This document shows positions 18,460-26,950 of a DNA stretch of 64,000 nt, piece after piece. The translations under genes and the position numbers were made by a program. Numbering within the stretch: the stretch's first letter is position 1; every line of letters starts with the position of its first letter. The notes beneath the pieces are model-generated. The model was not told the origin of the DNA. It did not search any database and was given only the letters and a program-made list of their open reading frames with translations. Origin of the DNA: Pseudanabaena sp. ELA645 (GTDB lineage: Bacteria; Cyanobacteriota; Cyanobacteriia; Pseudanabaenales; Pseudanabaenaceae); the NCBI GenBank assembly GCA_037129985.1, contig JBAXTW010000002.1, positions 14,904-78,903 on the forward strand. The letters are read 5' to 3'.

Positions 18460-19806
18460 TTATAAAGCACCTGCGGCGGTGCGATCGAGAATCCCCTCAG
18501 ATAAGTGGGTGGTGATATTCCCCGATTGCAAAATTGGGCGACCCGTTGCTCCTTGAGGATAATCAATCACACTTACACCGCCATTTCCCTGCTTGAATAT
18601 CCAGAACTTTTCGGGTGTTAAATCAAACAATAAACATAAGATGGCTTTGTTGACAGCGTCATGGGCGACTACGATCGCGGTTTCGCCTGCGGGAATTGAC
18701 TCGACAATTTTTTGCCAAACGATCGCCACCCGATCCCAAACTTGCTGGAGATTTTCGCCTTCGGGCATTTGCACTGTTTCGGGCTGAGACTGCCACAGAG
18801 CTAACTCACCTGCAAATTCAGCCTCGATTTCATGCTCAAATTTACCTTCCCATAAACCGTGGGAAATTTCTTTTAGCTCATCAAATAGCTCAAGTTTGAT
18901 ACTGCCATGCTTACTCAAAATTTCTAAAGCCGTATCTTTGGGGCGCAACATTGGGCTGCTAAAGGCTTTGTCGATTTTGACTTTGGCTAAAAACTCACTG
19001 GCGCGTCGGGCTTGAGCATGACCATTGTTATTGAGAGGGACATCGATCTGTCCTTGAAAGCGTTTTTGACGATTCCACTCAGTTTCACCATGACGAATTA
19101 ATAATAGTCGCGAACCATTATGATTTTTGCGGAAGGATGGCATTGGTGAGCCAGAAATCGGCTCTAGATGGGTGACAAGATTCAGCGATTCAAGCTGTAC
19201 GCCATCGGCAATGCTAGAGCCTTGAAAATTCAGCACATTAATCGCACAGTTGGCTTGCTGAATATTGTGATAGAGGTTGATGGGAATGCCGATCGCTGAG
19301 CAAATTAAAGCCCGATTGATCCCGCTATGTCCCACGAGCAGAATCGTTTTGCCTTGATATTTCGCTAAAAGTTCAGCCCATAAAGCTTGTGCTTGCGTGA
19401 ATAAATCCCGAATAGGGTAGCGATCGCCTAGGTGAAATTGATCGGGCTGATATTGCCAGTCATGATGTTTTTCAGGAAATTGTTCTTTGACATCGCTGGC
19501 AAGCATCAATTCCCACTCGCTGAGATCGATTTCCAGTAACCCATCAGTTGTATTTAACTCAGGCGGATTAAAATTCTCAGCCAAAATTATTCGAGCTGTA
19601 TGTTGAGCGCGAACTAGAGGGCTAGCATAGGCAATATCAATATTCAAATTTGCCAGAGCTTTGCCCGCGAGTTTAGCTTGGTGCATACCGTTTTCGGTTA
19701 AAACAGACTGCAATTCTGGGCGATCGGCATTACCCCGTCCTTGGATTTTGCTGATGATATTAAAATTAGTTTCGCCATGACGAACTATAACTACTCGCGT
19801 ACTCAG
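18460..19806 (-). CDS. Two-domain histidine phosphatase (phosphoglycerate mutase family) protein
   Basis: The second domain has LLLIRHGETEWN. A first-domain RHGET motif (VVIVRHGETNFN) is encoded at about 19765-19800, in frame but upstream of the ORF-track TTG start (19713). The frame is open back to a TAA just beyond 19850, with only CTG (19806), ATT or ATA as possible starts. Confidence 0.7.
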   Translation of the reverse strand: MSTRVVIVRHGETNFNIISKIQGRGNADRPELQSVLTENGMHQAKLAGKALANLNIDIAYASPLVRAQHTARIILAENFNPPELNTTDGLLEIDLSEWELMLASDVKEQFPEKHHDWQYQPDQFHLGDRYPIRDLFTQAQALWAELLAKYQGKTILLVGHSGINRALICSAIGIPINLYHNIQQANCAINVLNFQGSSIADGVQLESLNLVTHLEPISGSPMPSFRKNHNGSRLLLIRHGETEWNRQKRFQGQIDVPLNNNGHAQARRASEFLAKVKIDKAFSSPMLRPKDTALEILSKHGSIKLELFDELKEISHGLWEGKFEHEIEAEFAGELALWQSQPETVQMPEGENLQQVWDRVAIVWQKIVESIPAGETAIVVAHDAVNKAILCLLFDLTPEKFWIFKQGNGGVSVIDYPQGATGRPILQSGNITTHLSEGILDRTAAGAL

Positions 19807-19880
19807 AACTTTATCCTCATATTCATGAATTTTAAGAGATAACTTGCTTTTCCTTAAATACAGCTATCAATAAGTGAGTT

Positions 19881-19963
19881 GGCACAATTAAATATAAAAC
19901 CCTAAAACCTGTGGCGCACGCGCAGCGTGCGCCACAGGTTCTGGTTTTATATTTAATTGTGCC
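19881..19963. repeat. 83-bp two-tier palindrome
   Basis: Outer 21-bp stem GGCACAATTAAATATAAAACC / GGTTTTATATTTAATTGTGCC and inner 14-bp stem ACCTGTGGCGCACG / CGTGCGCCACAGGT. Confidence 0.8.
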
Positions 19964-20645
19964 TAGCTACTTAATATTAAAACACTATTAAGAAATTGTA
20001 ACGCTCAATCCTGCGCTATAATACTACGATAGGCTTAACCTAGACGCTGGCTAAATGCACTTAGTAATTAAAACTTAGTATTTAATTTGAGCATCTAATT
20101 CTTTGCCTCTAATTTGAGTGCTTCTAGTTTAGTCACCAAGCTTACTTACCATAATCATAGACTTGAACCATCAAGTGCGCTGTTTTACCTACAAGCTAGC
20201 TGTAGGCGAATGGTGTAAGCACCTTCTAGATAGTTTAAATTTAATAAACTCTAATAATAAGCCAGTCTAAGAAATAACTTTATTCTCTTAACGAACACCC
20301 ACCAACTCCCCATCAGCTATAGTCATACTGCATCGTAGTGAGTATTGCTCTCTCAGGAGCGCGACATAGTGATGGGTATCTAAACCATTCCGAGTAAAGC
20401 AATATGTCTGGGCAGTATGCCTAGTTATCGTGAGGTCAGAGCAGACCCAGCAATCAGTTACGAGCTTCGGTACATAGCTTTGTGGCTGATTGACGACTAA
20501 AAAAACATTTGTGATCGAAATTTTTTTCTTAATTCCGTTATTGGTATGTTCTGTTTTGAAGCCTCTTTTAGGTAGGCTTTAGGTAAGTTTTAGGTTGATT
20601 TTTTAGGCTGGCTCTTTTGAATCGAAGAAATTCTGAGGAAAATGA
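19964..20645 (+). promoter_or_regulatory. Long ORF-free leader upstream of rne (probable promoter plus long 5' UTR with U-rich tracts)
   Basis: About 680 bp with no ORF of 60 aa or more on either strand. U-rich runs lie just before the start (AAATTTTTTTCTTAATT, GTTTTAGGTTGATTTTTTAGG). RNase E genes are known to be autoregulated through long 5' UTRs. Confidence 0.4.
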
Positions 20646-23048
20646 ATGCCAAAGCAAATAATTATTGCCGAGCAGTATCGAATTGCTGCTGTGTTTAGTG
20701 AAGATCAAATTGAAGAAATTGTAGTTGCCGCAGGAACTCACCAAGTTGGGGATGTGTACTTAGGCGTTGTCGAAAATGTCTTAACCAGTATTGATGCCGC
20801 GTTTGTAAATATTGGTGATGGCGATCGCAATGGCTTTATTCACATTACCGATTTGGGCCCGTTAAAAATGCGGCGATCGTCTGGTTCGATCAGCGATCTG
20901 GTCGCACCGCAGCAAAGGGTGCTGGTACAGGTGATGAAGGAACCAACGGGTAACAAAGGTCCCCGTTTGACGGGAAATATTTCCCTGCCAGGGCGCTATG
21001 TCGTCTTGCTTCCCTTTGGACGTGGGGTCAATTTGTCACGGCGAATTCGCAGTGAAGCCGAGCGCAATCGTCTCCGCGCCCTTGCAATTTTGGTGAAGCC
21101 TGCGGGCATGGGCATCTTGGTAAGAACTGAAGCCGATGGAATGCCTGAGGAGCAGATTATTGAGGATCTCGATAATTTGCAACGTCAGTGGGAGGGCATT
21201 CAACAGGATGTGGCGACTACTCGTCAGCCAACTTTGCTCGATCGCGAACGAGATTTTGTGCAGCGTGTACTGCGTGACCTGTATGCCACCGATGTAAATC
21301 GGATTGTGACTGACACTAGCGACGGCTTGCGTCGGATTAAGCAACATTTACTCGGTTGGGGAGATGGCAAAATTCCTGCGGGTTTAATGCTCGATCATCA
21401 CCGCGAACGCACTTCAATTTTGGAATATTTTCGGGTGAATGCAGGTATCCGTGAGGCGCTGAAACCTAGAGTAGATCTGCCCAGTGGCGGCTATATCATC
21501 ATTGAGCCAACCGAAGCCCTCACCGTAATTGACGTTAACTCAGGCTCTTTCACTAGGTCACAAACTTCCCGCGAGACGGTGTTATGGACTAACTGCGAAG
21601 CCGCCGTAGAAATTGCCCGTCAAATCCGTTTGCGAAATATTGCGGGGGTGATTGTGGTGGACTTCATCGATATGGATACCCGCCGCGATCAATTGCATTT
21701 GTTAGAGCATTTTAATAAGGCGATGCGATCGGACAAGTCTCGCCCTCAAATAGCTCAACTGACGGAGCTAGGACTAGTTGAGCTAACCCGTAAGCGTCAA
21801 GGTCAGAGCATTTATGAGTTATTTGGTCGCCCTTGTGCAGCTTGTGGTGGCTTAGGTCACTTGATGCATCTGCCAGGTGAATCGGTGGGGCAGATGGTGG
21901 ACTCGACCGCACGGACTTGGGAAACTAAGCAATCGAATCAACTGGATTTCACCTCTGACTATGAAGATGGTGAGGGTGATTCTGAGTTAGGTGGTGGACT
22001 GGAACCAAATCTGGTCAATCATCCCAGCTATCAAGAACGCAGCAATTTACGTCGTCGTGGCAAACGCGCCTTACCCAAGGAGTCCAGAGATCTTCGTGAA
22101 GTTGAAAAAACTCCCCTAGACGTGCGATCGCGCTTTGAGCCAAGGAATGAAGCAAGAGTTGAGGCAAGGATTGAGCCGAAGGTTGAGCCACGCATCGAGC
22201 CAAGGATTGAGCCACGCATCGAGCCAAGGATTGAGCCACGCATCGAGCGTGAAGTTATTGTCGATCGCGCCGTACCAACCAAGCTCTCTTTACCAAATAT
22301 TTCCGCAAATATTTCCGCAAATGTTGTGCCGTCGAAGTCTTTTGCTGAAGCATTTACAGAGGAAATCGAAGAACCCGTCGAGACTTTTGAAGCTGAGCCA
22401 ATTGTGGCGACTTCAGAGACTAAACCAGAGCGTCCTAACAAGCGTGAGATTCGCCCCAAGGTCGTTGAACCACCAGAGGTAATCGTCGTGGAAATGACCG
22501 AGGAGGAGCAGGATGTTTACTCTCTCATTGGCATCTCGCCCCTAGTACTGATCGATCGCGAACCTAAAGATCCACGCAATGTGATTGTACAGGTGGCTCT
22601 ACCTGGACAGGAACCAAGGGCGGCTAATGCGTTGACACCTAAAAATTCAATAGATGCACCAAATTTTGATCGTAAATTTGGCTATGTTGATGCGGATGTT
22701 AATGGGAATGAGATGGTTGATACGAACATTGTTCAGACAGCGATCGCTGAGCCTCCTATTACCGAATCTGAGAACGACTCTGAAGTGGTCAGTCCAGAAG
22801 TTAACGCGACTAATGAGCTACCGATTGTTTCTGCGAATAATTCAGTAACTAATTCATTGCCGAATATAGTTTCCAATGGGGTGATATTGAAGGTAAATCG
22901 TGTTCAACCCGTTGAAGCGATCGCTAATGATGAAAATGCTGATTTAATTAAAGATCCTAAAGCTGAATTTAGGGAAAACTATAGAGACTTTGTGCCAATA
23001 CAATCTCCTGAAGCATCACGACGCAAGCGTTCTTCTGCTTCTTCATAA
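20646..23048 (+). CDS. rne: Ribonuclease E
   Basis: N-terminal S1 and catalytic half (VYLGVVENV, VIDVNSG, zinc-link CAACGG). The C-terminal half is repetitive and disordered. C-terminal Arg-rich SRRKRSSASS. Confidence 0.9.
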   Translation: MPKQIIIAEQYRIAAVFSEDQIEEIVVAAGTHQVGDVYLGVVENVLTSIDAAFVNIGDGDRNGFIHITDLGPLKMRRSSGSISDLVAPQQRVLVQVMKEPTGNKGPRLTGNISLPGRYVVLLPFGRGVNLSRRIRSEAERNRLRALAILVKPAGMGILVRTEADGMPEEQIIEDLDNLQRQWEGIQQDVATTRQPTLLDRERDFVQRVLRDLYATDVNRIVTDTSDGLRRIKQHLLGWGDGKIPAGLMLDHHRERTSILEYFRVNAGIREALKPRVDLPSGGYIIIEPTEALTVIDVNSGSFTRSQTSRETVLWTNCEAAVEIARQIRLRNIAGVIVVDFIDMDTRRDQLHLLEHFNKAMRSDKSRPQIAQLTELGLVELTRKRQGQSIYELFGRPCAACGGLGHLMHLPGESVGQMVDSTARTWETKQSNQLDFTSDYEDGEGDSELGGGLEPNLVNHPSYQERSNLRRRGKRALPKESRDLREVEKTPLDVRSRFEPRNEARVEARIEPKVEPRIEPRIEPRIEPRIEPRIEREVIVDRAVPTKLSLPNISANISANVVPSKSFAEAFTEEIEEPVETFEAEPIVATSETKPERPNKREIRPKVVEPPEVIVVEMTEEEQDVYSLIGISPLVLIDREPKDPRNVIVQVALPGQEPRAANALTPKNSIDAPNFDRKFGYVDADVNGNEMVDTNIVQTAIAEPPITESENDSEVVSPEVNATNELPIVSANNSVTNSLPNIVSNGVILKVNRVQPVEAIANDENADLIKDPKAEFRENYRDFVPIQSPEASRRKRSSASS
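22134..22252 (+). repeat. In-frame tandem repeat encoding (E-P-R/K-I/V)n inside rne
   Basis: ATTGAGCCACGCATCGAGCCAAGG 24-bp units repeated about 4 times with degenerate flanking units. A second 12-bp duplication AAATATTTCCGC x2 lies at 22295-22318. Confidence 0.9.
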
Positions 23049-23082
23049 TAAAAAAGAGCCGCGCATTGCGCGGCTCTTTTTT
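23049..23082 (+). terminator. Rho-independent terminator of rne
   Basis: AAAAAGAGCCGCGC-ATTG-CGCGGCTCTTTTTT directly after the TAA. Confidence 0.8.
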
Positions 23083-23098
23083 ATTAAAAGGGTGTAAT

Positions 23099-23126
23099 GT
23101 AGGGGCAATTCATGAATTGCCCCTAC
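23099..23126. repeat. 28-bp perfect palindrome GTAGGGGCAATTCATGAATTGCCCCTAC
   Basis: Read directly. A second copy at 26920-26947 differs only in the last base. Confidence 0.85.
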
Positions 23127-23169
23127 ATTGAAATAAGGGTTTGAATATAGTTTTGCGTAAGTCAAAAGT

Positions 23170-24927
23170 TTAGAAAACCAGATCAATCTCCAGCTTTTTG
23201 AGATTAATTGCATAGATCTTATGACCAGATATTTCTGAAATAGCGATCGCTAATAAACTGACATCAATAGGCGCGATCGCTGTAACTTCACCATCGATAA
23301 TTAAATTATTAATATTGTGACCGCTTAAATCTAGCAAAATCAAAATTGTTTGCGGCTCATTCTGTTGGGCATTGTATCTAGCCGCGATCGCATATCCCCA
23401 AGTTGTCGCGGTCATCATGAATACCTCGTATTCCAAAGGAATTCGCGCCAAACGATAGGGTTTTAAATCAAGCAAATATATATTTTTATGATTCCCCGCT
23501 TCTCGTAACAGGACGCGATTATTAGTAAATGTGGCAATTCCGTAATCAATCGGGATCGGCAATGCTAGTCGATACATAATGTTGCCGCGCCGCGAAATAA
23601 CGATCGCTCGACTTTCATTAGTTTCTGGTTTATTCGCGATCGCGACTAAATGATGGCGATCAAAAGCAATGATGCAACTCAACTCCCGCGTTGCAAACTC
23701 TAACCGCATAGAGCGAGCATAAACTAAATTGTGAATTTCTAATCTCTTACCCGTTGACAAGGCAATCCAATCGCCCTGTGGTGAAATAACGCATTTAAAA
23801 GGTCGCGCTGATTTATATATAGATTTAGATTTTCCTTGCTCAAATTGATAGATCGCGTGGTCAGTTATGACAAATAAAGTCTGCTGCACAGAGTGAATCT
23901 CGTCAATTTCATATTCTAACTTCCCAATTTGTTCTTCTTGATCAAGCGGCAAACTATGACGATGTAAATGCAAGCGCGATGCACTATAAAACTGAGATTT
24001 ATCTGTATTAGCTAAGCCGATGATTTTTTCAGTCATCGTTATTTGATCAAAATGGGGCGCTTTTTGATCAAATAAAAGAGTTGTACAAAGTTCGGCACTA
24101 AGTCCTGTTTGAGTATGACTAAAGTCCTCAACCTGAATAGTTTTTATTAAGTCCAGCCGCATCTCCTCTGCTGTGGCATATCGGCGTTTTGGTAGTTTCT
24201 CTAAGGCGCGAGTGATAATTGCTTGTAGCGATCGGGGCAAAGTGTCAGGAAACACGATTCTTTGATTGATATGAGCATTCATCAAATCCGTTGGCATTCC
24301 CGTAAAAGGACGTTTACCAACTAAAAGCTCATACAAAATGATGCCCACGGCGTAAATATCTGACCCCACCGAAAATTGACCATAAAATCGCTCAGGAGCC
24401 ATATAACCAGGCGAACCAGTATTACTAGTGCCTTCAGTGGGAATTTCTTGGCTCAGACGTGAAATTCCAAAATCAGAAATTTTCGCTTGCCAACCTTGAT
24501 TCGTAACTTTAAGTAGAATATTTTCAGGCTTGATATCACAATGAATGATATTGGCGGCATGGGCATGTTCTAAACCCAGCAAAATATCATTTATCAAATC
24601 AAAGCACTGCCTTACTGATAACGCGCCGTTGTAGTTCATCAGATCGCGTAGTGTTCCCCCTTCACAATATTCCATGACCAAATAACGATAATTTTGGTGA
24701 TGCACCAGCGAAGAACAAGCGACAATATTTTCATGCCGCAAAGTCAATAAAAATCTCAGTTCCCTTAACAACTTACTGGTAGGAAAGCGCTTGTTTTCCA
24801 ACTCTTTGAGCGCAACCAGCTTACCTGTATCGCGCATCCGCGCACACAAAACCTTGCCAAACTGCCCCCGACCAACTAAGCCCAAAATCCGATATTTAGA
24901 TAACTGTGAAGTAGATTTTTCATTCAT
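23170..24927 (-). CDS. Hanks-type Ser/Thr protein kinase with ~300-aa C-terminal domain of unknown fold
   Basis: GRGQFGKV, VALKEL, HCDIKPENILL, DFGISR, GSPGYMAPE. Confidence 0.85.
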   Translation of the reverse strand: MNEKSTSQLSKYRILGLVGRGQFGKVLCARMRDTGKLVALKELENKRFPTSKLLRELRFLLTLRHENIVACSSLVHHQNYRYLVMEYCEGGTLRDLMNYNGALSVRQCFDLINDILLGLEHAHAANIIHCDIKPENILLKVTNQGWQAKISDFGISRLSQEIPTEGTSNTGSPGYMAPERFYGQFSVGSDIYAVGIILYELLVGKRPFTGMPTDLMNAHINQRIVFPDTLPRSLQAIITRALEKLPKRRYATAEEMRLDLIKTIQVEDFSHTQTGLSAELCTTLLFDQKAPHFDQITMTEKIIGLANTDKSQFYSASRLHLHRHSLPLDQEEQIGKLEYEIDEIHSVQQTLFVITDHAIYQFEQGKSKSIYKSARPFKCVISPQGDWIALSTGKRLEIHNLVYARSMRLEFATRELSCIIAFDRHHLVAIANKPETNESRAIVISRRGNIMYRLALPIPIDYGIATFTNNRVLLREAGNHKNIYLLDLKPYRLARIPLEYEVFMMTATTWGYAIAARYNAQQNEPQTILILLDLSGHNINNLIIDGEVTAIAPIDVSLLAIAISEISGHKIYAINLKKLEIDLVF

Positions 24928-25205
24928 AGGAGCAGCATGAAAATTTGAATAAGCCCTGAGATCATAGTCTCATAGAAGTTTGTAAAACCGCCGCGAAGCG
25001 GCGCTTTTACAAACTTTGATATAGCGCCTTGCGCTATATCTTCACTCTAAACATTATGGAGAAGTTTGACGGCGATCGCATTGCTTAACATTTCGTTGCA
25101 AAACATCTAGAGCTATGTCCAAAGATTATCGATATCATGGTAGTAAGTGATATATAAAACGTAATATTTCTCAGCTAAACCGTTATTCAACGTTAAGACA
25201 AATTT

Positions 25206-25745
25206 ATGAGTCAAGCCTCCACATCCGCCGATGTCCCTAGCATGGGTCGTCGCCAGTTTATGAACCTGATTTTAGGGGGTTCTGCGGCCGTAACTACCCT
25301 TGGGGCAGCAGGCCCTTTTCTCGCCTATTTTGTACCTCCCTCGCGTGGTGGTGCTGGTGGTGGCGTTGCTGCTAAAGATGCTCTTGGTAAAGATGTAATT
25401 GCTTCAGCATTTTTGGCAAATCATCAAGCAGGCGATCGCGAACTAGCCCAAGGACTCAAAGGCGACCCGACATACATTGTCGTCACTGAGAACAAAGAAA
25501 TCTCCTCCTACGGTTTAAACGCAGTCTGTACACACCTTGGTTGTGTTGTCCCTTGGAATGCAGCCGAGAACAAGTTTATCTGTCCTTGTCATGGTTCGCA
25601 GTACAACAACGAAGGTAAAGTAGTCCGTGGACCTGCACCATTGTCTCTCGCCCTTGCCCATGCCACCGTTGAAGATGATGTAGTGCAGTTTAGTACTTGG
25701 ACAGAAACTGACTTCCGCACCAATGAAGCGCCTTGGTGGTCCTAA
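25206..25745 (+). CDS. petC: Cytochrome b6-f complex Rieske iron-sulfur subunit
   Basis: [10 protein letters not shown] and CPCHGSQY Rieske boxes, N-terminal RRQFMN twin-Arg-like signal, and petA immediately downstream. Confidence 0.92.
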   Translation: MSQASTSADVPSMGRRQFMNLILGGSAAVTTLGAAGPFLAYFVPPSRGGAGGGVAAKDALGKDVIASAFLANHQAGDRELAQGLKGDPTYIVVTENKEISSYGLNAVCTHLGCVVPWNAAENKFICPCHGSQYNNEGKVVRGPAPLSLALAHATVEDDVVQFSTWTETDFRTNEAPWWS

Positions 25746-25799
25746 TATTTTCTCGGCATTTCCTTAAATCAGTCTTTAATTCATATTTTGCACTTATAC

Positions 25800-26783
25800 A
25801 TGAAAAAAGCTTTGTCTCGTGCTAATCGTCTACTAGTTGGAATTAGCCTCTGTGTCCTTACAAGTTTGAGCTTACTCTTGGGTTTTAATCAACCATCAGC
25901 TTTTGCATATCCTTACTATGCTCAAGAAGCTTACAAAAATCCCCGTGAAGCTACAGGCAAAATCGTTTGCGCTAACTGTCACCTTGCTCAAAAGGGGATT
26001 GAATTAGAACTGCCCCAAGCCGTTCTACCCGACTCCGTATTTGAAGCAGTGGTAAAACTTCCTTACGATCACACTAAGCAGCAAGTATCGGCTGATGGCA
26101 GCAAAACAGGCTTGAATGTTGGCGCTGTTATCGTTTTGCCTGAAGGTTTCAAAATTGCTCCTGAAGATCGGATGTCTGAAGAGCTAAAGGAAAAAACCAA
26201 AGATATCTATTACCAACCCTACAGCGATACCCAAGAAAATATCGTTCTCGTTGGTCCTATATCGGGTGATGAAAACTCAGAAATTATTTTCCCTGTGCTA
26301 TCTCCTGATCCTGCTACAGACAAAAATATTCACTTCTTGAAATATTCTGTCTACGCTGGCGGCAATCGCGGTCGTGGTCAAATCTATCCCACAGGCGAAA
26401 AGAGTAATAACAATGAGTACACATCTTCTGTTTCTGGTCTAGTTACCCAAATTAGCCCGATCGCTCCAAATGAGGACGAAGGCATCTACGGTGGATATGA
26501 AGTCTCCGTACAAACTGCCGATGGCAGCATTGCCGTTGAAAAGGTTCCTGCTGGTGCGGAACTCGTAGTCGAACCTGGTAGTGAAATTAAGGTTGGCGCA
26601 CCTTTGACGACAAATCCTAATGTTGGTGGTTTTGGTCAGCATGATGGCGAAATCGTTCTCCAAGATCCTCGCCGCGTTCAGTGGTTACTAGCATTCTTCG
26701 CTTCTGTAATCGTTACCCAAATTCTGTTGGTACTGAAGAAGAAGCAAGTCGAAAAAGTTCAAGCTGCGGAAATGAATTTCTAG
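25800..26783 (+). CDS. petA: Cytochrome f (apocytochrome f)
   Basis: The mature N-terminus [26 protein letters not shown] contains the heme CxxCH. C-terminal TM anchor present. The ATG at 25800 is preferred over the TTG at 25788. Confidence 0.92.
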   Translation: MKKALSRANRLLVGISLCVLTSLSLLLGFNQPSAFAYPYYAQEAYKNPREATGKIVCANCHLAQKGIELELPQAVLPDSVFEAVVKLPYDHTKQQVSADGSKTGLNVGAVIVLPEGFKIAPEDRMSEELKEKTKDIYYQPYSDTQENIVLVGPISGDENSEIIFPVLSPDPATDKNIHFLKYSVYAGGNRGRGQIYPTGEKSNNNEYTSSVSGLVTQISPIAPNEDEGIYGGYEVSVQTADGSIAVEKVPAGAELVVEPGSEIKVGAPLTTNPNVGGFGQHDGEIVLQDPRRVQWLLAFFASVIVTQILLVLKKKQVEKVQAAEMNF

Positions 26784-26801
26784 TTTGTATCTTAATTAAA
26801 T

Positions 26802-26828
26802 AAAAAAGCACCCATTGGGTGCTTTTTT
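26802..26828 (+). terminator. Rho-independent terminator of petCA
   Basis: AAAAAAGCACCC-ATTG-GGTGCTTTTTT. Confidence 0.8.
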
Positions 26829-26919
26829 ATTGTTTGAAACCTATAGCGATCGCCTCTGTATCACGTCTACTTTCCGAATTTGTCCAGAAGAAATATTCCG
26901 ACACAAAGGGCAATTTACA

Positions 26920-26947
26920 GTAGGGGCAATTCATGAATTGCCCCTAT
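26920..26947. repeat. 28-bp palindrome GTAGGGGCAATTCATGAATTGCCCCTAT (second copy)
   Basis: Identical to 23099-23126 except for the final base. It ends 3 nt before the glgB stop codon. Confidence 0.85.
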
Positions 26948-26950
26948 TTC

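Noticed and set aside
20290-20500. Possible 6S RNA or other known ncRNA in the rne upstream region
   Set aside because: I could not recognise any diagnostic conserved motif of 6S RNA, RNase P RNA, tmRNA or SRP RNA by eye. It is kept only as a generic leader or ncRNA hypothesis in the findings.
22015-22482. Three sizeable ORFs (22015-22239 minus, 22031-22459 minus, 22135-22482 plus) overlapping the rne C-terminal region
   Set aside because: All three lie within the tandem-repeat, low-complexity part of rne. Their repetitive Ser/Leu/Ala-rich translations are frame shadows of the EPRI repeat, not independent genes.
23099-26947. Idea that the two 28-bp palindromes delimit a mobile 3.8-kb unit carrying the Ser/Thr kinase gene and petCA
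   Set aside because: The content is core photosynthetic genes. There is no transposase and I saw no target duplication. The palindromes belong to a dispersed family that prefers gene 3' ends.
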